The position numbers and the translations under genes were made by a program. Positions 1 through 11,493 of a DNA stretch of 64,000 nt are shown piece after piece (position 1 is the first letter of the stretch; every line of letters begins with the position of its first letter). A model generated the notes under the pieces. That model was not told the DNA's origin, did no database searches, and saw only the letters and a program-made list of their open reading frames with translations. This stretch comes from Octopus bimaculoides (taxonomy: Eukaryota): assembly GCF_001194135.2 (NCBI RefSeq), contig NC_068990.1:4775973-4839972 (forward strand), given 5' to 3'.

Positions 1-460
1 GTTGCAGTCATCAGCTGCAAATAAATAAGACTGAAGTTTCAAACTGATTTTGACACCTCATGGCTTATGGTTTTATTATGATGAGGGTGCATAACAGGGG
101 TAAATTTGAATTTCTCTTATTTATTTCTGACTGATGACAGTCCCATTTGTGGCCAAATGAATGCAACAATTTTCTAGAAAGAAATTTGAGTATAGATATA
201 ATATATGTTTGTCAAAACTATAGTAATATCTGTTCGGCAGCTGATGATGGGAATGGTATATTTGATACGCTTGTGAATTTTTATTTCTTGGTATCTTGTT
301 ATTTTAAGTTGTGCTCTGTTCTTGTAAAGTTGAAAATGATTGTGGATTCATGGTTTATAGTGATTACTTATATTGATATTGGTTGATTTACTTCGTAGAT
401 AATCTTACGAGGTTTGGATAATGCTTAAATAATGATACCTTGTTTGAAGAGATTCTGTGG

Positions 461-505
461 CATGCATGCATGCATGCATACATACATACATACATACATA
501 CATAC
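461..505. repeat. Compound (CATG)n/(CATA)n microsatellite
   Basis: catgcatgcatgcatgcatacatacatacata... read directly. Confidence 0.95.
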
Positions 506-1167
506 TGTATCCAGATTACAAGTTCAGGTTTACACCTGTAATTATTGGGGCACTGGGATATGTAACACACTGCCTAAATACCAATCTTGAGAAATTAGGC
601 TTCTCAAAATTAAAATGAGAAAGCTGATGTGAAGACTACAGATTCAAGCCATTTGTGGAAATGTAAAAATATGTAAAATTTTCCAGAAGTTTATCATTTA
701 AGTATACATGAGTATATCTAGACATGTAACATTATGCATGAGAATACATACATAAAACAAAACATCCCTGAGCTTGCGACTTATATTGGCACCAGACATC
801 TTACTCCGGCTTGTCTCTGGATAATTTCAATAAAGTGGAAAGGGTTTATGAGGTGTTGTGCAAGCCTCAGTGGACCTAAAACTCAGCACAGGCATTGCCG
901 ACCTCTGCTCAACATGTGTGGTTTTTTTTTCCTATATATATATTTATCTTATTTTTAGCATATATTTATCTTATTTTTAGTATATATTTTCTTCATTTTT
1001 AGTATACAAACTAATACATTCCATGTGAGTGTCCTGTTGTTGTTTGCTACTGTTATTTTTAATGTTCGTTAATTTGGTTCAACTATATATTCCTGAATCT
1101 CTCCTTTTCCAAAATAAATACTTATATAATGAACTCCAATATTTCCTTCTATTGAAACTCTCTCATA

Positions 1168-1217
1168 TCATCTCTGATGATAGAATATCCTTTATATCCC
1201 TGAATCAGCTGTAAGAC
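1168..1217 (+). other. Degenerate minimal hammerhead-ribozyme-like motif (possible Penelope-like terminal repeat relic)
   Basis: CTGATGA at 1174-1180, then GAAT (expected GAAA) at 1202-1205, palindromic CAGCTG, GTA triplet; stem I tct/aga is only 3 bp. Confidence 0.4.
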
Positions 1218-1417
1218 TACCTTTCTCTTTATAAATGTCCTAGAAATATCACATTGCCTTGACCTCGTTATATCATTTTATTTAATATATACATGCTCAC
1301 ACGCAACACACATTAGACTCCTGACTCATACTATTATTGAACTGGGAGTCTAACAGCAGTCTTTCCATAGCCCTTACACAGTATTACCTGCCTTTTGGGT
1401 CTTCTGGATACCGAAAC

Positions 1418-1421
<4 letters not shown>

Positions 1422-1466
<45 letters not shown>

Positions 1467-1480
1467 ATATATGTATATAT
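1422..1480. repeat. (TA)n/(TG)n microsatellite
   Basis: Direct reading. Confidence 0.95.
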
Positions 1481-2076
1481 AAGTATATATATTCATATTC
1501 TAGTGATATTCAACAAGTATTAAAATTAATAATGCATATAAGTAAATAAATAGCTCTTTATGTGCATATATAAGTTATGTAATAACAAGGAAATATTGTG
1601 ATTTGCATATAAATTGTAGAAGTAAATGCTGTGAGTACACAGTTCTCATGTATGATTTTAGAAACTTGAAACAAGAGATACAAAGGGCTCTGTTTATGCA
1701 TATTTGTTTAGATGCACACAACTTTTACTCATAAATGCACCTCTCTCATGTATGTACATATTTGGTACAGCGAGAGGAGAGGGAAGGTGGGAGAGAGATT
1801 ACGAGGAGGAGACTTGTGTTGTGGTTTAAGTGCATTAATATCAAGTTCAGCAGATCTGGAAGGGAAATGAAATCATCCATTTTTGAGTAGAAGCAATGGA
1901 TATTCAGTGAAGTAGTACTGAAGTATTAAAAAATATATGATGTAAGCACTAAATAGGAAAAGTAAAAATACTGAAGATATTAAAAGACTATAGTGATTAG
2001 CTAGTTAAAGAATCCATCAAAACTGATCATGCATAAATGAGAACAGGAACATTATGAAAGGAGAGGTAAAAAATTG

Positions 2077-2077
<1 letters not shown>

Positions 2078-2140
<63 letters not shown>

Positions 2141-2141
2141 A
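2078..2141. repeat. (GA)n microsatellite
   Basis: Direct reading. Confidence 0.95.
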
Positions 2142-3413
2142 GACAGAAAGAAACTGTGTTGAAGGGATGAAGATTATTTCATCTCTGTCATCCAGTATAT
2201 GAAAAAATGAAAGTAATGGGTATCAAAATATAAGAAAACATAAAATGGAATTAGCAGTAAGAACTATACCAATGCTGAACCAAGAGTATTAGGTCTACAT
2301 TTCCAACTTTGAAAGATGAATCTATTTGTTTTCTGATAACTACAATGTTATTCTCCCTATATGTCACATGAAAATATATGGCTGGATCAGTTTTACATAG
2401 GAATAAGAATAAACATATATTCTGTTAAAGATATAACAGTATTAAATAAGTAGTGAATTTGATAATGAAAATATCAGACTGAATGCTAAAAGGAATGGTT
2501 GATAGCAAACTAAAATGTAACTACAAAAGTCTTCAGAAGTAATGCTTTAGTATTAAAATGATAAAAGCTCTAGAGATATATGTAAAAGATGATAATAATA
2601 AAAAGGGTGGATGACGAGATGTAATGTATCTTTGTTACAATATAGCCTGTCATCAATTCCAGGAAAATTGTATCATTATTAATATAGTGAAAGGTGAACA
2701 TGAAAGAAGTTATGACTTTTGAAGGTGACTATTGAATAAATACAGGCTGTGAATAGAAAACAGTGAAACAGATCATTGTTTGCAATTTAGTGTAAAATAG
2801 TTGTTGGATTTCTTTTTGTGATGACATTTTGATCTTATTGTATTAAAAACATCTCAATGCAACCATAGGTTTAACAGCACTTTGGAAAAACATGAAAGAT
2901 GAATAAAAATAAATTGTGAGATAAAACTACACTGGATAGACAAATTTCATTGGAGAACAAATAGAAAAAAACATGTTGGGATTTTACATAGTGTATGCAC
3001 AAAACTACTACTGCTCTAAAATACTATAATTCTCTCACCCCCAAAGCAACAACAACAACAACAAAATACATGTAATTTGATATAACCTATCACAGGGAGG
3101 AAAATGCTGACAATAATAGTTAAAAACTTTCACAAAGAAACCAAGGAACAACAAACCACTACTTGAGCTGCATAAAATGAAGATATATTGTGAAGATTGC
3201 ATCATTTGTATCAATGAAGAAGAATAGCTGAGCTTAGAGAAGATTTTGAGAATTAGGATGGTTGAGTGAGATTGCAGATTCTGAAAAATATTTTGTGTGG
3301 AGATTATTATAAAGTTGAGAACAATCAAGTCTGAAATTCTGGAATTACAAAAATTTCCCATTTTAAAAGAACTAATATTCTAGGTAACGTCTAGGTAGTA
3401 CTTACTACTAACT

Positions 3414-3612
3414 GATAATAATAATAATAATAATGAATCTTTCCACTATAGGCACAAGGTCTGGAATTTTAGAGGTGGTGGCTAGTCAAGTACATTGACC
3501 TCAGTGCTGAATTTGTACTTATTTAAGCAGAATTTGAACTTAGGATATAAAGCTGGAAGAAATGCTGCTATGCATTTTGCCTGGCATGCTAATGATTATG
3601 CCAGCTCACCGA
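3414..3612 (-). mobile_element. tRNA-headed SINE family A, degenerate copy with (TAA)n tail
   Basis: ctttccactataggcacaagg...ccagctcacc is similar to the reverse complement of the copies at 11002-11470; (TAA)n at 3414-3434. Confidence 0.7.
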
Positions 3613-5794
3613 GCCAGAAATTTGCAAGGAAAGGAACAAGTCAACTGAATCAGCATAAATTTGACTGGCAACTTGTGTAGATTTGTGTTTGTAATGGCAT
3701 TATGAGCTAATCTCCATCTTTTGTTTAAAATATATTTGTCGTTATATTTCTTGGTAATGCATGGCTGGCATTGTCTTGTTATATTTATGAAAGGCATACT
3801 ATGTTCAATGGTTGACGAACTGATGCTGAAATGGTAAAAATGTTGTTCTTTCGAGTGCTCTACATATCTCAATAATATTGTGATACTCCTCCTGTCCTCA
3901 TTACTGAAAAGATGCAGATAAATGAGAAAAGGAATTTCAAAGCTGTTTTTACTTATTCCAACATTATATATTAAGAAAGTCAGCTATAGCCCTAAGTATA
4001 AACTTAACAGGAGTTTTACTACTAAAAAATCACATCACCTTAATAAAATCTGATTAGACCTGCTCAGTACCATAGCATTAGCTATTATTGTAGCAATGCA
4101 GGCAAGGCTCCTCCCCACAAATGAAACATGAAGACACCCTCCTTCACACAACAGGAAACAAGATAACATACAGTAGGCACACACCAACAAATATAACCAT
4201 AGAAACTCAAATAACTTTTACTTAAACATACTAAATCATGTAACAGAAAATTTGAGAATTATACTATTCATAAGAAATCACCAACCCTCTGTGATCTCAG
4301 TGAATAAACTATCACCAATATTGACACTAAAGCTTAATGACTTGAACAGCACAAAAAAAGAGATACCTTTTTTCCAGATACTTGTTAAATATACAGAAAT
4401 TATCCCCCACCTACTGATAGGCAAAAATTTAAAAATTCTGTACAAATAGAGCTGGAATATTGAAGAGACATGCCACATCTCTTCCTTCATCCTAATTGAA
4501 GCACACCTAAGCAATTTCCATCTGGATATTGAAATTAAAGTGACAGACCTCATCATCATTTATTCACACAAGCCAAAAAAAAAAAAAAAAAATGAATGGT
4601 TGCTATTTTCCATGATTTCCTTGCTACATATTCAAGGAGTGCTTTTTCAATTGTACTGTGAATTTGTGTCTATGCAATAAGATTAATGATTCAATAATAA
4701 CTGGACTCTATGGTCTCTGCTGTACTTCCATGACTGCCTGAACAAAATGAAGTCCTTTCTTTAAAAATATAACTTAACATGTATATTAATGAAAGGCAAC
4801 TTTCTTAATATGAATTGGCCAACAGATACTTTGAAATTAGGTAATTACATCTCAACTCCACATAAAGGAGCCTTTTTTCCCTCAGTCACAATCCATGTTT
4901 TAACCAATGAGCCACAACAATATTGTTTTGGACCAAGTGTTGTGAAAACACTCAAACATTATCCATGATAGCTCATTTGATAGAACTCCTCTTTCAGAAC
5001 ATGATACTGTACACTGCTATCTTAGATTGCAGATATTCAAAGCTAAACTAAGCACACTCATTTGACAGTATGAATCTGCTTATGCAAACTAGAGAACAAT
5101 TTTATATGTCCTGTAACTTACCAACTTATCTTTTACACAGATACTTCTTCATATATAAAGTGACTCAGAAGGTGTTTGAGGATATAGTTACCAATATATG
5201 CCCAAGCCACACCACAAAACAACTTGCGAATAAAAACAGAAATAGCAACTCAAGGGAAAGAAAAAACATCCCTAATTTGAAAAGTCAAATGATTGACACC
5301 TAGCACATTGATCAACTGTAACCAATGAACTTTCACTCATAACTCAACTTCCTAACATTCCACCCATACCAAAAATTTTATCATTCCGTTGCAATTCCTT
5401 GGGTTCTTGGTACCTCACGTTATCATGGACACTCTCTCCACAACCAGATGCAATCTATTAGCATCACTGCCTTGCTGACATTATGTACTCACCCTCCCAA
5501 AGTTTAGCTTCCCTTCCCCTCATCTTCCAACATGTGAATCATCCTCTACAGTACATCCCTTCTTGCAACCTGTTTTCAATCATTCTTCTTTTATGTGAGT
5601 CTTCACTCCTATTCTTTAAAAGCAATAAAAAGTTATCCCATATATATATCATCATCATCATCATCATCATTTTGGTTTAGCTCAGGTTTGGTCTTACTCC
5701 TGGTAGGATTTATGTGGGTAGCAGGTTACTACCTGTAACCTTAGGTATCCGCATATTTTCAGCAGTCTTTCAAATGCTTAGAACCCTTCTGATA

Positions 5795-6325
5795 AGTGGT
5801 GAAGCATGATCTTAGAACTTTGGGCCTCAGAGAGGCAATGACTAGTGACGAGACCTTTGGCAATATGCCATACTTGAGAAGACCCATCAAACCATGTGAA
5901 ACTGTAGTCATGGCCAATGCTGGTGTTGTGAAACTGGCATTTAAGAAGCACTTTTCGAGCACTGGACCTCACAGAGGCAAAGTGGCTGATGCCAGTGGCA
6001 CGTGAAAAGCTCCTTTCGAGTGTTGGGCCTCATGGAGGCAATGACAAATGACAGAAACCTTGGCATTATGTCGTGCTTGAGAAGAAGACCCATGAAGCCA
6101 AGTAAAATCACAGTCATGGCAGAAACTGGTGTCACACAAATGACACCCATGCTGTTGGCACAGAAGCATCCATTACACTCTCAGAGTGGTTGGTGTTAGG
6201 AAGAGCATCCAGTTAGAGAAACCACGCCAAATCAGACTGGAGTCTGGGGCAGCCTTACAGCTTGTCAGCCCTGGCCAAACCATCCAGCCCATGCCAGAAT
6301 GGTCAACAGACGTTAAATGATGATG

Positions 6326-6328
<3 letters not shown>
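5795..6328 (+). mobile_element. Non-autonomous RTE-tailed retroposon (family C) with internal duplication
   Basis: 3' end ttaggaagagcatccag...cccatgccag...gacgttaaatgatgatgat is shared with 40320-40715 (-) and 57028-57195 (+); about 200-bp internal duplication (5816-5941 vs 6017-6146). Confidence 0.8.
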
Positions 6329-6361
<33 letters not shown>

Positions 6362-7020
6362 NNNNNNNNNNNNNNNNNNNNNNNNNNNNNNNNNNNNNNN
6401 NNNNNNNNNNNNNNNNNNNNNNNNNNNNNNNNNNNNNNNNNNNNNNNNNNNNNNNNNNNNNNNNNNNNNNNNNNNNNNNNNNNNNNNNNNNNNNNNNNNN
6501 NNNNNNNNNNNNNNNNNNNNNNNNNNNNNNNNNNNNNNNNNNNNNNNNNNNNNNNNNNNNNNNNNNNNNNNNNNNNNNNNNNNNNNNNNNNNNNNNNNNN
6601 NNNNNNNNNNNNNNNNNNNNNNNNNNNNNNNNNNNNNNNNNNNNNNNNNNNNNNNNNNNNNNNNNNNNNNNNNNNNNNNNNNNNNNNNNNNNNNNNNNNN
6701 NNNNNNNNNNNNNNNNNNNNNNNNNNNNNNNNNNNNNNNNNNNNNNGTTGAAAATATATCAAATGAATAATATATTATTAAAAGTAACAAAAATATAGAA
6801 ATAAATGATGTTATAATTCAATCATACTAACTACATCTATTTTCTTAGGTTGTACTAATAGATACATAAATACATAAATGATAATATAGAGACAGTAAAG
6901 CTATTTGAAATTCAATGAGGACATTATATGAATCAATAGATAAAAAGTTGCACTCATCAAAGCACAATTCGTGATTGACTAATGTTGCTACTTATTCAGC
7001 ACTAAAATTACAAACGGTGC

Positions 7021-7260
7021 TTTAATGTTTACTTTTCCATACTTGTATGGGTCAGATGGTATTCATTGAAGCAGATTTTCTATAGTTGGATGCCCTTCCT
7101 GTTTTCAGTCTTTACCTCTTTCCAAGCAAGGTCGTATTTCCCAGTGGCAGGACATAGTTTTATGGAATATTGAAAATGAACAACACTACATGCATGATGG
7201 TTATGCTTGTTCTACTCCTATCATGTGATGTCAAGAGAAGGAAACAGAAATACACACTCA
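7021..7260 (-). mobile_element. RTE-tailed SINE-like element, degenerate
   Basis: tctatagttggatgcccttcctg is the reverse complement of the caggaagggcatcca motif of the family C tail. Confidence 0.55.
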
Positions 7261-7267
7261 CACATGC

Positions 7268-7600
7268 ATATACCAGCGTTATCATTTAGTGACAGTTTTC
7301 CGTGCTGGCATGGGTTGGATAGTTTAACAGGAACTGGCAAACCAGTGGACTGTACAAAGCTCCAATGTCTACTTTGCATGGTTTCTATGGCTGGATACCC
7401 TTCTTAACACTTTGCAGAGTGTACTGGGTTCTTCTTACATGACACTGGTATTAGTGAGGTCACCTACCAAATCCACCCACAAGGCTTTGGTCAGTTTAGG
7501 GGTATAGTAGAATGCACTTATTCAAGATGTGGTGTAGTGGAACGGATCATGAAAGCATTTGGTTGGGAAGTAAGTGTCTTAACCACTTAGTTATGCCTGA
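7268..7600 (-). mobile_element. Composite: CORE-type SINE head (about 7466-7600) joined to an RTE-type tail (about 7268-7465)
   Basis: taccaaatccacccacaaggctttggtc...ggtatagtaga matches 39780-39936; gctggcatgggttgga and ctatggctggatacccttc match the family C tail. Confidence 0.6.
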
Positions 7601-8640
7601 GCGAACAGCTATGCCTATCGCTATGTCTACAGCTATACCTACAATATATATACACACACACATATACATACACATGATGTAGGGGGTTGGTATGGCTGTA
7701 CCAACACACACACACACACACACACAAATGTGAAGAGAATGTATTCTATGCATTACATAGAGTTCATTGTAACAACAATGGAGAAAAAAAAACTGATTTT
7801 ATACTATGGTTAACCCAGCCTTAATGTTACTGTATCTTGCCAGGAATGTGAGACATTAAAACTTCAATTTTTAATCATCAATGTGTATTTGATTGCTTAT
7901 TAAGATATCTGTATGCTATATAAAAATATGACAATATAAACGATGTAGTACTGAGCACCATTTTTATCACTTTTAGTATTTTTGTATGATAGCATTAAAT
8001 CTCTTTCTATGTTAACCAGTTAACAACAAGCCATTTGAAACGCTAAAGCTATTCACATTGGAATTAAGTGCCGTAGTTTAAGTTTTAATTTATCTACTTC
8101 ACTTTGAACTTATGAATGTTTTACATTCAACATGAATCAATCCAAAACATCAAATATACATGTGTGTGTGTGTATGTGCGTGGTGTGTATGTGTGTGTGT
8201 GTATATATACATATATATATATGTGTGTGTGTGTGTGAATGTGTAAGTAGGTCTATATATCCCCATATTTGTGCAGTTGTTTTGCTTTCCCTTTCATACA
8301 TTCACTAATGCTTTTTGTTGTCTAACAATTGTCTCCCTTCAGATCACTTTTTGAATCCACGTTTCATACCTGATGGATCATACTGAACCCATTTTTTTTT
8401 GCAGCAGATCTTTTGTGTTCATTGCATGTGTCCCACAGCTAACATCACACATACCAAAACAAAGTATAAAGCAAAAATAGTTTTAAAATATGAACAGTAA
8501 ATCTAATTAAATAAAGTTTTTCTAATTTTATTTTAATCTTTCCTTTGTCTAAATGCATGTCACATCCATGACCATCTCACCCGAGGATTTTGGAAAAATA
8601 ATGCTATAAATTAAATTAAATTGAATTCCCCCAAAATTTG

Positions 8641-8830
8641 ATTGTTGTTGTTCAGCCTCAAGTCAATCCTGATCAAGCAGATAAAAGATCAAAGAATTCC
8701 ATCCCTTATAATCTGATCTTATTTTTCAGACAATTCACCCAATACTAAATCATCTAATGTGCTCTTTCTTTAATGATGGTAGGTTGTGCTTTGATGATAA
8801 TCTACTACTTCTAGCAAATTAAGACACAAG
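8641..8830 (+). mobile_element. Old dispersed repeat family D; related copies near 17000-17120, 28405-28520, 32035-32125 (-), 33960-34260, 42755-42960
   Basis: Shared degenerate motif ttgttgtt..agcc..aggtca.ccctgatcaagcaga...atgatcaaag.cattcc seen by eye at several loci. Confidence 0.4.
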
Positions 8831-9029
8831 TGTTGGTTTGAATTTTGTTTGCTATGGCACAAACAGGAGCTACCCAGTCTTAACTGAATTTTTTTATTGC
8901 ATTTAATTTAGCGCAGTAAATTACAGCCGTCTAACATTCCTAAAAAGGCCAAAATATCTAATGCATACTAAATAAATTGTTTAGTTAAAAAAAAAATGAT
9001 AGAAAATGTATGTATTGCATGGGATGTTT

Positions 9030-9450
9030 TCTTAAGGTTTAGTGACAAAAAGTCTCCTCAAACCTTCAGCATCTTTTTTTAGGACTCACAGGATGGTACT
9101 TTTTTGTAGTTCAACAATGCATTCCACAATTCCAGTATCCTTCAGCCTCTTAGATATCAATATGAGCATTGTGCCAAGTGCACCAATTACCAAAGGAAGA
9201 ATTGTCACCTTTGTCTTCTACAATCTCTTCATCTCTCTGACTAGGTCCTGATATTTCTCAATTTCTTTGATGCCCACTCTACTATCCTATGCTATCACAA
9301 GTCTGCTTTCCTCCACTGTTTATTTTTGTCCTTTATGATTATATTTGGCCTCTCTTTCAATAGTATGGTTAATCTTCATAGAGAAATCTAATAAAATTCT
9401 GTAATTACCATTCACCATCATGGCCTCTGGCTTGTGTTCATACTACTTTT
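9030..9450 (-). mobile_element. R4/Dong-like RLE non-LTR retrotransposon, 3' fragment (decayed)
   Basis: Minus-strand translation YEHKPEAM...RILLDFSM...KEIEKYQDLVREMKRL*KTKVTILPLVIGALGTM, typical of the restriction-like endonuclease C-terminus. Confidence 0.8.
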
Positions 9451-9519
9451 CTCACTTTGAATTCACAAACTTGGTTAACATTCCATTACCAACAAAATCA
9501 TGCCTGCACTATTATTAAT

Positions 9520-9532
9520 ACTATTATTGTTA

Positions 9533-9569
<37 letters not shown>

Positions 9570-9990
9570 CATGATGATGATGATTATTATTATTGTTGCT
9601 TTACTTCTGAAATGCTTCGCCTTGTTTGAGAGCAGACAGCAGTCCATTGTCAAAGGTCTCACAAAGTCTCTTTCTGCACATTATAAGCTTTGATACTTAG
9701 TTGTTAATTATCGAGAAAGATATTCAACATCCATGTACCAATCTCAAAATCCTAGCTGTCCCCAACAGAGCAGTTTTTTGGGCTAGTTTTGCTCGTTTGT
9801 CAATTCTGATTTTTCTGACATGTATCTCGAACTTGGTTGCTAGTGCTCCAAGTACCCCTATAACTACTGGACTGACAGACATTTTCCTCACAGTGCAGCT
9901 TCTTGCAGTTTTATCTTTTAGTAGCCTGTACTTTTCAATTGTTTTTAGTTCCTTGTCACTTTAGGTATTGCAATATCTAAAATTTTGGTT
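9520..9990 (-). mobile_element. R4/Dong-like RLE LINE 3' fragment with 3' UTR and (TAA)n-type tail (9520-9598)
   Basis: DKELEKIEKYRLLKD...PVVIGVLGALATKF...AQKTALLGTARILRLVHGC*; 3' UTR gacctttgacaa..gactgctgtctgctc is shared with about 54350-54385. Confidence 0.85.
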
Positions 9991-9996
9991 TCCTGG

Positions 9997-10210
9997 ATTG
10001 GCAAAAATCATTAGAATAAAACAGTTTGCAGCATTTCTTCCAGATCTTTATACTCTTAGATAAAATTCAGCCCGGTGCAACTTTATCTTTCATCCTTTCA
10101 GCATCAGTAAGATAGAGTACCACTCAAGTACTGGAGTTAAGATCTTTACTAACATTCTCCTCTCAAAATTGCTGGTCTTCTGCCTAAATTACAAACTATT
10201 ATTATTATTA

Positions 10211-10257
<47 letters not shown>

Positions 10258-10258
10258 T
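9997..10258 (+). mobile_element. SINE family A, degenerate copy with long (TTA)n tail
   Basis: ttggcaaaaatcattag head, ctttatctttcatcctttcag core, aaactattattatt... tail. Confidence 0.7.
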
Positions 10259-10260
10259 TC

Positions 10261-10524
10261 CAGTCAGGAATTATCATGGATAATTTCCAGATGTCCTTGA
10301 CCTGGCAGTGCTACCACGGCGGGGATTGGGCACTACCAGTTTGAGATAAACTCTACAGGCATGGATGTGCTGTCAGATGGACTTGTCTAAGGTGTGCGCA
10401 GAGTGATGAAACAATTCCACATGTCCTTGTTCAGTGTCTGAGCATTGCTGACTTGAGGGGCTATGTTGAACAGCTGCTGTCACATGTGGGACAGATCCGT
10501 CTCTCAGCTGAGTCTGTAGTGATA
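10261..10524 (+). mobile_element. Tx1/L1-clade LINE C-terminal zinc-finger fragment
   Basis: SLTWQCYH...ALPV*DKLYRHG...TCLRCAQSDETIPHVLVQC: CX2C...ETxxHxxxxC motif typical of zf-RVT. Confidence 0.65.
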
Positions 10525-10748
10525 GAGGGTTCTATTTATCTATCCTTTTGCCTTTCTTCTTGACTATTCATGGGTCAAAAGGGCATGCAATGTCAACTAT
10601 ATAGCATATGTTGTGCACCTTGTTCACCACCACAAGGTCTAATCTGTTCTGCTTTAGCACCTGATCTGTTTGGATTGAGAAATCCTAGAGGATTTTGCTA
10701 GTCACCAACTCTGCCATTCTCTGTAGTTTGTGCTCATACCACGTCTTG
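10525..10748 (-). mobile_element. R4/Dong-like RLE endonuclease fragment
   Basis: KTWYEHKLQR...KIL*DFSIQTDQVL...RLDLVVVNKVHNICYIVDIACPFDP*IVKK...RIDK. Confidence 0.85.
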
Positions 10749-11470
10749 CCTCTCTCTTACCATTTTGGGGTCGATAGAATAAGTACCAGCTGAACACTGG
10801 GGTCAATGTAATCGACTAATCCCTCCCTACCAATAATCTATAATGTCCTTTTCAAATCCCACTGAGGCCAACGTTGCCTTTCATCTTTTTGGGGTTGATA
10901 AATTAAGTACCAGATAAATTAAGTACCAGATAAATTAAGTACCAGATAAATTAAGTACCAGATAAATTAAGTACCAGATAAATTAAGTACCAGATGAACA
11001 CAAGGCAGCAAGCTGGCAGAATTGGTAGCATGCATCACAAAATGCTTAGCAGCATTTTATTCTTCTTTACATTCTGAATTCACATTCTGCAGAGGTCGAC
11101 TTTGCCTTCCATCCTTTCAGAATCAATAAATTAAGTACCATGAAACACTGGAATCGATGTAATCAACTTATCCCCTCCCCGAAATGGCTGCCCTTGTGGC
11201 AAAGTTTGGAACCATTAGTATCATCCTTATTATAAGATGGCAAAGCTGGCAGAGTCGTTAGCATACTGAGCGAAATGCTTAGCGACATTTCATCCATCTT
11301 TATGTTCTGAGTTCAAATTCTGATGAAGTCAACTTTGCCTTACATCCTTTCAGGGTCGATAAAATAAGTACGAGCTGAACACTGGGGTTGATGTAATCAA
11401 CTCATCTCTTCCCCCAAAACTGCTGCCTTTGTGGCAAAATTTGAAACCATTATTATTATTACTATTATTA
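10745..11470 (+). mobile_element. Head-to-tail array of four SINE family A copies (two partial; full copies at about 11002-11220 and 11234-11470)
   Basis: A-box-like tggcagagtcgttag, B box GTTCAAATTC (11311-11320), core ctttgcctttcatcctttc..ggtcgataaa..aagtac, tail aaaccattattatt. Confidence 0.9.
10897..10992 (+). repeat. 16-bp minisatellite (GATAAATTAAGTACCA)x6 inside a SINE core
   Basis: Six exact tandem copies counted; the unit occurs once in other SINE A copies. Confidence 0.95.
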
Positions 11471-11493
11471 TGGAATTATAGATTATAGATATA

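Noticed and set aside
4252-4560. Possible Penelope-like RT remnant (KEIPFFQILVK resembles xLPFLDVLV)
   Set aside because: One weak motif only; no convincing GIY-YIG domain found downstream
6173-6798. Long ORFs spanning N gaps (also 23334-24080 and 58556-58909)
   Set aside because: Artefacts of N runs and TA repeats; no coding evidence
6825-6900. TACTAAC branch site plus ttttcttAG acceptor
   Set aside because: All three frames hit stops before any plausible donor
8370-8438. 69-nt minus-strand exon candidate (LWDTCNEHKRSAAKKNGFSMIHQ)
   Set aside because: Weak pyrimidine tract, opposite strand to the better candidates, and an open frame of this length is expected by chance
11002-11330. tRNA genes in SINE heads
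   Set aside because: A and B boxes are present but no cloverleaf; the heads are followed by the SINE body and tail
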